Source: an uncultured delta proteobacterium
GTDB taxonomy: Bacteria > Myxococcota_A > Polyangia > Polyangiales > B10-G4
Direction of reading: 5' to 3'
Assembly: GCA_963727445.1 (NCBI GenBank)
Contig: CAVSGI010000009.1
Coordinates: 416,001-480,000 of the forward strand
DNA: 64,000 nt
This document shows positions 56,173 through 64,000 of this stretch, piece after piece; position 1 is the stretch's first letter; every line of letters starts with the position of its first letter. Position numbers and translations under genes: made by a program. A model generated the notes under the pieces. That model worked only from the letters and a program-made list of their open reading frames with translations, was not told the DNA's origin and made no database searches.

Positions 56173-57402
56173 TCATCGCCCGGGCCCGCGCTTTCCGAGC
56201 GCGGCCGCGCTTCCCACGGCTTCGAAGCCAAAGCGTTCGCGGATCTCGTCGACGGCGCGATGCAGCTCCTCGCGTCCCCGGAAGAGCTCGAGCTGGTCGT
56301 CGTAGAAGCCGAGGTTGCTGAGCTTGATCCCCAGAAGGCGGACGCGCTCGTCGCGGGTGCGCGCCTTCTTGAAGAGCTCGAGGACCACGGCATGGACCTC
56401 GTGCTCCGCGCAGGTGGGCCACATCGTCCGGCTGCGGGAGATCGTGCGAAAGTCGGCGTAGCGGAGCTTGAGGGTGACGGTGCGCGCCTTGACGCCCCGC
56501 TTGCGCGCCCGCCAGCACACGCGTTCGGTCAGCGAGATCAGGCGGCCCTCGAGCACGTGGGGATCGCGCACGTCCTCCATGAAGGTGCGCTCGTTCGAGA
56601 TGCTGCCGATGGACTCGCCCTCGGGGTCGTGCTCGCGGAAGTGGGGGCGCTCGCGGCCGAGCTCGGCGTCGCCGGTGCCGAGCGCGTGGCCCCGGATGGT
56701 GGGCGCCCAGGCGCCGAAGATGCGGCTGAGGCGTTCGAGCGGTGAAGCGGCGACGTCGCCGAGGGTGAGGAGGCCGGCGAGGTGGAGCTTCTCTTCGGCG
56801 ACGGGTCCGATGCCGGGGAGCTTGCGCACGGGCAACGGCGCGAGGAACGCGGCCTCGCTTCCGCCGGGGACGAGGAGAACGCCCGCGGGCTTCGCCAGCC
56901 CGGAGGCCACCTTCGCCACCGCCTTGCACGACGCGATGCCGCAGCTCGCCGGCAGCCTCAGCTCGTCGCGGATGCGCCCTGTGATCTCCCGAACCACGCG
57001 TTCGATCGTCGCGTCGCCGCTCGCGTCGCCGGGCTTCGCGTACATCCGATCGCAGCCGCGGAAGTCGAGATACATCTCGTCGATGCTCGCGATCCGGCTC
57101 TCGGGCGTGTAGCTCGATGCGATCTCGCGCACCTTCGTCGCGTACTCGGAGTAGACGCCGTGGGTGCCCGACAGGAAGATGGCGTCGGGGGGCGCGAGCT
57201 CGTCCGCCTTGGCGAGCGACATACCGGAGCGCACGCCGAAGCGGCGCATCTCGTAGCTCGACGCGGTGACCACGCCGCGCGAGCCGCGCTTTCCGCCCAC
57301 CACCACCGGCTTTCCTTCGAGCGACGGATCGAGGACGCGCTCCACCGACACGAAGAAGGTGTCGAGGTCGAGGCAGCAGATGCGTGCGGGCGGCGGCGGC
57401 AC
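56173..57402 (-). CDS. dinB: DNA polymerase IV (Y family)
   Basis: DLDTFFVSVE, ASYEMRRFGVRSGM, SIDEMYLD, AKVASGLAKPAG, LPGIG, VTLKLRYADF, VRLLGI. Confidence 0.95.
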   Translation of the reverse strand: MPPPPARICCLDLDTFFVSVERVLDPSLEGKPVVVGGKRGSRGVVTASSYEMRRFGVRSGMSLAKADELAPPDAIFLSGTHGVYSEYATKVREIASSYTPESRIASIDEMYLDFRGCDRMYAKPGDASGDATIERVVREITGRIRDELRLPASCGIASCKAVAKVASGLAKPAGVLLVPGGSEAAFLAPLPVRKLPGIGPVAEEKLHLAGLLTLGDVAASPLERLSRIFGAWAPTIRGHALGTGDAELGRERPHFREHDPEGESIGSISNERTFMEDVRDPHVLEGRLISLTERVCWRARKRGVKARTVTLKLRYADFRTISRSRTMWPTCAEHEVHAVVLELFKKARTRDERVRLLGIKLSNLGFYDDQLELFRGREELHRAVDEIRERFGFEAVGSAAALGKRGPGR

Positions 57403-57408
57403 CCGCTC

Positions 57409-57430
57409 AGTATACTGAACTGATAGTCAG
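57409..57430 (-). promoter_or_regulatory. dinB promoter: -10 TATACT (57414-57409) abutting a LexA-box-like imperfect palindrome CTGACTATCAGTTCAG (57430-57415)
   Basis: The -10 lies 6 nt before the GTG; CTGA...GTTCAG matches the Myxococcus-type SOS box pattern; dinB is a classical SOS gene. Confidence 0.65.
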
Positions 57431-57520
57431 TCTTCGCTGCGCTCGAAGACGACCAGGAACCAGGCACTGGTGTACCGCCATGTCGTCGTGAGAGGGGCGA
57501 AGCCTTCGGAAGAAATTCGC

Positions 57521-58231
57521 TCAGCTCTTGGAGACGGCCGGGGCGAGGAGCTTCAGGGCGGCTTCGACGCCGTGGCGGTGGTGCTCGTCGCTGATCTTGC
57601 GAGCGCGGACGCGGACGCCGGTGGGCGTGGGCTCGCGCTGGAACTTCTCCATCGTCGCCTTCATCTGCTTGCGCGCTTCGTGGACGCGCCAGGCGATGGT
57701 GCCCTCGGTGGACTCGAGGACCACGGCGGCCTCCTTGTAGCTCAGGCCCTGGAGCACGGTCAGCACGACGGTGGTGCGAAGCACGGGGGAGAGTTTGTCG
57801 AAAGCCGCGAGGAGGTGGCCATAGGTCTCGTGCAGCTCGATGGCCATGCGCGGATCGCCGTGGGCGTCGACTTTCACGGCGATTTCGATGCGCGGATCTT
57901 CGATGTCCACCGTCTTGCGGCGGCCTCGGTCGCGCTTGACGTTCAGCGCCCGGTGCAGGGCGATGCGGTAGAGCCAGGTGAAGAACTGGCTGCGGCCCTC
58001 GAAGCCCTGGATCTTGGTGTAGGCCCGCAGGAAGGCGTCCTGGGTGATGTCCTCGGCGTCGGACTTCCGGCCGGTCAGGTGCAGGGCCAGGGCGAAGATG
58101 CGGGGGCGGTAGCGCCGGACCAGCTCCTCGAAGGCGCCATCGTCCCCGGCTTTCACCCGTTCCACGAGCTGGCTCGCTTCGAGCCCGCGCTTCTCGGCGT
58201 CAGTGAGCTGATTACTGCCTGATTCCGTCAC
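57521..58231 (-). CDS. ECF sigma-70 factor with C-terminal extension
   Basis: GDDGAFEELVRRY, DAEDITQDAFLRAY, FEGRSQFFTWLYRIA, GLSYKEAAVVL...GTI; start 58231 or 58255. Confidence 0.92.
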   Translation of the reverse strand: MTESGSNQLTDAEKRGLEASQLVERVKAGDDGAFEELVRRYRPRIFALALHLTGRKSDAEDITQDAFLRAYTKIQGFEGRSQFFTWLYRIALHRALNVKRDRGRRKTVDIEDPRIEIAVKVDAHGDPRMAIELHETYGHLLAAFDKLSPVLRTTVVLTVLQGLSYKEAAVVLESTEGTIAWRVHEARKQMKATMEKFQREPTPTGVRVRARKISDEHHRHGVEAALKLLAPAVSKS

Positions 58232-58301
58232 GCCTGCCCTTGGACCCTCCACCATAGCCTCAATTGGGTCCCGGCTCAGCCCGACCCCCAACACGAGGGG
58301 A

Positions 58302-58327
58302 AGACGTTCGAAAGCGCCAAAGGTTCT
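58302..58327 (-). promoter_or_regulatory. ECF-type promoter candidate (autoregulatory)
   Basis: Minus strand AGAACC-tttggcgctttcgaa-CGTCT, i.e. AAC-N16-CGT, directly upstream of the ECF gene. Confidence 0.6.
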
Positions 58328-58402
58328 GCGGCTTGGCGGGAGGGGGAATTTTCCAGGTTCTTCGCTGGATTGTGGGCCGATTCCCTTTCATCCCGGGTTG
58401 CC

Positions 58403-58431
58403 TTGATCGCTCCCCCCCAATCTGTTAACCA
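58403..58431 (+). promoter_or_regulatory. Sigma-70 promoter candidate for the mre operon
   Basis: TTGATC-N17-TAACCA with TGn extension; a second TATTAT box at 58459-58464. Confidence 0.4.
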
Positions 58432-58486
58432 ATAGGGCTCGAACCCGCGGCCCTGTAGTATTATTGTCGTGATTTCGGGTGGTTAG

Positions 58487-59584
<1,098 letters not shown>

Positions 59585-59611
59585 GCGGCGGTCCGGCCGC
59601 CGTAACCAGCC

Positions 59612-60505
59612 GTGAACTCGTTCTTCCGCCGATTCAGAGACGCCGCCCTGGTCGCGGCGCTCCTCGCGATTCCCTTCTTCTTTCTGAAGGCGAACCTCAC
59701 GGATCCGGCGCGGACGACCTGGCTCGATCGGATGGTGCTCAAGGTGAGCGTGCCCATCCAGTACGTCGCCGCTCAGGCCGCGGCCGGCGTCTCGGCGGTG
59801 GTCGAGGAGTACGTGATGCTCGTCGACGCCCGGCGCGAGGCCGAGGAGCTCGAGGCCGACAACGCGCGTCTCCGCCAGCGCGTGCGCGACCTCGGCCAGG
59901 AGGCGCGCGAGAACGAGCGGATGCGCGGCCTGCTGTCGCTCCGCGAGGAGCTCCCGGGCGAGACGCTCACCGCCGAGGTGATCGGCAAGGAGGTCTCGCC
60001 CTACTTCCGCGTGGTGCGCGTGCGCATCGACCGCGGTGAGCGCGACCTGCTGCGCACGGGCATGCCGGTGATCTCCTCCGAAGGGCTGGTCGGCCAGATC
60101 CGCCGCACCTTCGGTCGCTACAGCGACGTCTTGCTCACGGTGGACCGCACCAGCGCCATCGACGTGGTCATCGACCGCACCGGCGCGCGCGGCATGCTTC
60201 GCGGCACGGGCGAGAGCGACCGCTACATGTGTCGCATCCAGTACCTCGCCCGCACCGACGAGGTCGAGGTTGGCGACGAGATCTACACCTCGGGTCTCGG
60301 CCAACGCTTCCCGTCGAACATCCTCATCGGCTCGGTCACCAAGGTCACCCGCCAGGACTTCGGCCTCTATCAAGAGGTCGAGGTGCAGCCCGCTGTGAAC
60401 TTCTCTGCCCTCGAAGAGGTGCTGGTCCTCACCGCGGGCTCGCGCGAGCAGGCGGTGGTCGAAGGGCTGCGCGACGAGTCGCTCTTCGGCGAGGATCACC
60501 CATGA
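59612..60505 (+). CDS. mreC: Rod shape-determining protein MreC
   Basis: TM, coiled coil (ENERMRGLL), GMPVI...GLVG, TSGLG..FP; follows mreB. Confidence 0.95.
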   Translation: MNSFFRRFRDAALVAALLAIPFFFLKANLTDPARTTWLDRMVLKVSVPIQYVAAQAAAGVSAVVEEYVMLVDARREAEELEADNARLRQRVRDLGQEARENERMRGLLSLREELPGETLTAEVIGKEVSPYFRVVRVRIDRGERDLLRTGMPVISSEGLVGQIRRTFGRYSDVLLTVDRTSAIDVVIDRTGARGMLRGTGESDRYMCRIQYLARTDEVEVGDEIYTSGLGQRFPSNILIGSVTKVTRQDFGLYQEVEVQPAVNFSALEEVLVLTAGSREQAVVEGLRDESLFGEDHP

Positions 60506-61032
60506 GAAACGTCGCGCTCATCGCCCTCGGCTTCGGCCTGCTGGTGATTCAGGCGGCGCTGGCCACCTTCATCCCCTTCCACGCCCTCGCCCCGAACCTG
60601 CTCCTGCCGGTCGTGATCTTCCTCGGCGTGACCCACGAGGTGCACATCGTCCGCGGTGCCGCGCTCTCTTTCGTCTTCGGCTATCTCTTCGACAGCTTCA
60701 CCGGCAGCCCGATGGGTCTGATGACCTTCGTCCTGGTCGCGACCTTCATCGTCAGCCGTTTCGCTGGCCTGCGGCTCTTCCTCCGTGGGCCGGTCTTCCA
60801 GGTGCTGCTCACCTTCTTCGTGGGCATCCTCGCTGGCGGGACCATCCTGGCGCTCCGCGCCATCTTCGAAAAGCCCGCGCCATTCCCCGTCGGCACGGTG
60901 GGCGAGCACGCGATGACGCTGGTGGTCCCCGCCGCGACCACCGCCATCATCTCGCCGCTCATCTTCGCCGCCGTCCGGCGCATCGAGTCCCTCGCGACCC
61001 GGCGTCGCGAGGACAAGCCCGCCACCGCATGA
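60502..61032 (+). CDS. mreD: Rod shape-determining protein MreD
   Basis: Hydrophobic 176-aa ORF with PNLLL and FGYLFD motifs; ATGA overlaps with mreC and mrdA. Confidence 0.88.
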   Translation: MRNVALIALGFGLLVIQAALATFIPFHALAPNLLLPVVIFLGVTHEVHIVRGAALSFVFGYLFDSFTGSPMGLMTFVLVATFIVSRFAGLRLFLRGPVFQVLLTFFVGILAGGTILALRAIFEKPAPFPVGTVGEHAMTLVVPAATTAIISPLIFAAVRRIESLATRRREDKPATA

Positions 61033-62924
61033 CCCTGCTCTCGCAGCGCCGCGAGGTCGGCGAGTTCAAGAAGCGCTACAAGTGGATGGCGCTGGTGGTT
61101 CTCCTCGTCTTCCTGGTGCTGGCGGGTCGCGTCGTGCAGCTCCAGACCCTCGACTACGAGCACTACGCCGACATCGCGCGCGAGAACATCACCAAGACCA
61201 TCGCCCTGCCGGCGACGCGCGGCCTCGTCACCGACACCAACGGTCGCGTGATCGCGAGCAACCGGCCCGCCTACAACGTCTACATCACGCCGCAGCTGGT
61301 GAGCCAGGAGGACGTCCAGCGGATCGCCGACCTCATGGAGCTCGACGCGGAGCAGACCAGCGAGTTCAAGCAGAAGCTCGAAGAGGTGCCGGCCCGGCGT
61401 CGCACGCATCAGATCGCGATGTTCGAGGAGATCGAGCGCGACCAGCTCGCCGCTCTCGAGACCCACGCCCAGGAGCTGCCGGGCGTCGACGTGGTCGCGG
61501 TGCCCGTGCGCGAGTATCCCTACGGCAACCTCGGCGCCCACACCGTCGGCTATCTCAACGAGGTGAGCGCCGAAGATCTCGAGCGCCTCGACGGCCAGGG
61601 CTACGGCGCCGGCGACCGCATCGGGCGCACCGGCATCGAGCGCGCCTGGGAGAGTTACCTCCGCGGTCGTGACGGCTTCCGCCGCGTGCTGGTGGACGCG
61701 CGAGGGACGGTTCGCGACGGCACGCGCGAGGAGCGTGCACGGGAGATGCGCCGCGACGCCGTGCCGGGTCGGGATCTGACCCTCACCGTCGACATGGAGC
61801 TGATGCGCATCATCGACCGCGCGTTCCGCGGCCATCCCTCCGGCGCGGTGGTGGTGGTGGACGTTCGCACCGGTCGAATCCGGGCGCTCTACTCGAAGCC
61901 CAGCTACGACCTGAACGAGATGAGCGGCCGGCTCACCGTCGAGCGCTACACCGAGCTCAGCGAGAACCCCTTCCGCCCGCTGATCGACAAGACCCTCTAC
62001 GAGAGCTACTTCCCGGGCTCGACCTTCAAGCCGGTCACGGCGATCGCCGCCCTTCAAGACGGCGTCTTCGACCCCGGCCAGCGCGTCGAGTGCCCGGGCT
62101 ACTTCGAGATCGGAAACGACCGCAAGCGCTGCACTTCGGCCCATGGCGAGGTCGACATGCGGCGCGCCATCGTTCAATCGTGCAACGTCTACTTCTGGAC
62201 GATGGCTCAGGAGGTCGGCCTCGAGCGCCTCAACCGCTTCGGCCGTGACCTCGGCTTCGGCGAACGCACCGGCGTGGGCATCAACTCCGAAGCCAGCGGG
62301 TTCCTCCCGTCCCGCGAGTGGTACACCGAGCACTTCGGTCGATTCCGCGTCGGTTACACCCTCGACGCGGCCATCGGCCAGGGCAACACCCGCTCGACCC
62401 TGGTGCAGCTCGCGATGGCCTACGCCGCCATCGCGAACGGCGGGACGCTCTACGTACCGCAGCTCATCGAGCGGGTCGGCTCGCCGAGCGGCGACACCAT
62501 CGAGGAGTTCGAACCGCGGGTGCGGCGTCGCGTGAACGTGGACCAGGAGCACCTCGCCTACGTCGTCGACGGCCTCTACGGCGTCGTCAACGACCCCAAC
62601 GGCACCGCCTATGACGCCCGCGTCGAGGGGGGCGTCCCGGTGGCCGGCAAGACCGGTACCGCGCAGGTGCAGAGGCGCCGGCCCCGCAACGGCGAGGATC
62701 CGCGGCGCGCCTGGTACTTCAACCGCGACCACGCCTGGTTCGCCGGCTTCGCCCCCGCGGGCGATCCCGAGATCGCGGTCGTGGTGCTCGTCGAGCACGG
62801 TGGTGGCGGCGGTAAGTACGCAGCGCCGATCGCCACCCAGATCATCCAGGACTACCTCGGCGCCCGCCTCACCACGGCCACCCGCGCCGGCGGCGGCCCG
62901 GTTCTCGCCCGGGGGAGCCACTGA
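61029..62924 (+). CDS. mrdA: Penicillin-binding protein 2
   Basis: RGL.TD.NG; PGSTFK (SxxK), SCN (SxN), KTGTAQ, DHAWF. Confidence 0.96.
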   Translation: MTLLSQRREVGEFKKRYKWMALVVLLVFLVLAGRVVQLQTLDYEHYADIARENITKTIALPATRGLVTDTNGRVIASNRPAYNVYITPQLVSQEDVQRIADLMELDAEQTSEFKQKLEEVPARRRTHQIAMFEEIERDQLAALETHAQELPGVDVVAVPVREYPYGNLGAHTVGYLNEVSAEDLERLDGQGYGAGDRIGRTGIERAWESYLRGRDGFRRVLVDARGTVRDGTREERAREMRRDAVPGRDLTLTVDMELMRIIDRAFRGHPSGAVVVVDVRTGRIRALYSKPSYDLNEMSGRLTVERYTELSENPFRPLIDKTLYESYFPGSTFKPVTAIAALQDGVFDPGQRVECPGYFEIGNDRKRCTSAHGEVDMRRAIVQSCNVYFWTMAQEVGLERLNRFGRDLGFGERTGVGINSEASGFLPSREWYTEHFGRFRVGYTLDAAIGQGNTRSTLVQLAMAYAAIANGGTLYVPQLIERVGSPSGDTIEEFEPRVRRRVNVDQEHLAYVVDGLYGVVNDPNGTAYDARVEGGVPVAGKTGTAQVQRRRPRNGEDPRRAWYFNRDHAWFAGFAPAGDPEIAVVVLVEHGGGGGKYAAPIATQIIQDYLGARLTTATRAGGGPVLARGSH

Positions 62925-62925
62925 C

Positions 62926-64000
62926 ATGGCCACCCTCGTTCGAGGCTTTCGCGATCAGTTCGACTGGGCGCTCTTCGTCGCGGTCGCCGCCATCGCGGTG
63001 ATCGGCATCGTCAACCTCTACAGCGCCACCAGCGCCTCGGGGGGCGCCCTCTCCGAGCTCTACATTCAGCAGATCTACTGGCTGACGCTGGGCGCGGGCG
63101 TGGCGGTGCTGGTCGCGGCCATCGACTACCGCCAATACGAGCGCACCGGGTGGATCGCCTACGGCGCGGGCGTCGTGCTGCTGGTGCTCGTCTTCCTCCT
63201 CGGCAACACCGTCCGTGGGTCCACGCGCTGGATCAACATCGGCTCGTTCACGCTCCAGCCGAGCGAGCTCATGAAGATCCTGCTGATCATCGCGCTCGCC
63301 AAGTACCTGCACAACGACCCCAAGACGGAGGGCCGCACGCTCAAGGACCTGGTGGTGCCCGGCCTGATCCTCGCCGTGCCGATGACCCTGATCCTCCTGC
63401 AGCCGGATCTGGGCACGGCGATGATCCTCGCTTTCATCTTCGGCAGCGTGATGATGCTGACCAAGCTGAAGGTGCAGTCTCTCATCACCCTCGCCGCGAC
63501 CTTCGTCCTGAGCGCGCCCCTCACCTGGACCTATCTCCTCAAGGACTACCAGCGCGAACGCCTCACCGCCTTCTTGAACCCCGAGGCGGACCTGCTGGAC
63601 TCCGGATGGCACGCACACCAGTCCCTGGTCGCCATCGGCTCCGGCGGCACCTTCGGCAAGGGCTACATGCAGGGCACGCAGAACCAGTTCCGCTTCCTGC
63701 CGGACCAGTTCTCCGACTTCCCCTTCTCGGTCTGGTCCGAGGAGCAGGGCCTGATCGGCGCCCTCACGCTGCTCGGCCTCTACTTCTTCTTGATCCTCTG
63801 GGGCCTGAAGATCGCCAGCCAGGCCAAGGACCGCTTCGGTGCAGTCGTGGCCGTCGGCGTGAGCGCGATGATCTTCTGGCACACCATCATCAACATCGGC
63901 ATGGTCACCGGCCTTCTGCCGGTCGTCGGCGTCACCCTGCCGCTCTTCAGCTACGGCGGCTCGAGCGTGCTCACCATCATGGTGGGCGTCGGCCTGTTGA
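62926..64000 (+). CDS. rodA: Rod shape-determining protein RodA (SEDS family), truncated by the window end
   Basis: ATG at 62926; GSTRWI...LQPSELMK, LQPDLGTA, YQRER, AIGSGG..GKG, LPVVGVTLPLFSYGGSS read directly from the sequence (absent from the ORF track because no stop lies in the window). Confidence 0.95.
   Translation, partial: MATLVRGFRDQFDWALFVAVAAIAVIGIVNLYSATSASGGALSELYIQQIYWLTLGAGVAVLVAAIDYRQYERTGWIAYGAGVVLLVLVFLLGNTVRGSTRWINIGSFTLQPSELMKILLIIALAKYLHNDPKTEGRTLKDLVVPGLILAVPMTLILLQPDLGTAMILAFIFGSVMMLTKLKVQSLITLAATFVLSAPLTWTYLLKDYQRERLTAFLNPEADLLDSGWHAHQSLVAIGSGGTFGKGYMQGTQNQFRFLPDQFSDFPFSVWSEEQGLIGALTLLGLYFFLILWGLKIASQAKDRFGAVVAVGVSAMIFWHTIINIGMVTGLLPVVGVTLPLFSYGGSSVLTIMVGVGLL

Overview
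High-GC bacterial chromosome segment, most likely Myxococcota (Polyangiales/Sandaracinus-like). This is inferred from a MYXO-CTERM tail, a DUF1552/DUF1592 pair, many Cys-rich and beta-helix lipoproteins, and a Hanks-type kinase. About 50 genes are supported. Housekeeping genes are gltA, dinB, an ECF sigma factor, a SWIM-SNF2 ATPase and mreB-mreC-mreD-mrdA-rodA (rodA runs off the window). Accessory genes are mostly secreted proteins or lipoproteins of unknown function, transporters (SSS, MMPL/RND, SulP, DUF5690), a sulfotransferase, a divergent KARI, lipolytic enzymes, an HTTM gene pair and an M15 peptidase. I saw no rRNA, tRNA, CRISPR array, transposase or integrase. Five genes carry reading-frame breaks. 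Three isolated +1 breaks can each be repaired by turning GANTC into GATC, which suggests methylation-linked long-read errors. Many genes have a TAnnnT -10 box 6-9 nt before the start codon and no Shine-Dalgarno, consistent with leaderless transcription. The best candidates for undescribed systems are (i) a translationally coupled operon of a secreted Gly/His/Met-repeat protein and two lipoproteins opposite a membrane-anchored HEAT solenoid (14.1-18.4 kb), (ii) a split HTTM module heading a lipoprotein run (35.9-42.2 kb) and (iii) a sulfotransferase/SSS versus divergent-KARI/MMPL divergon (5.5-12.3 kb). All family calls are from motifs recognised by eye; no searches were run.
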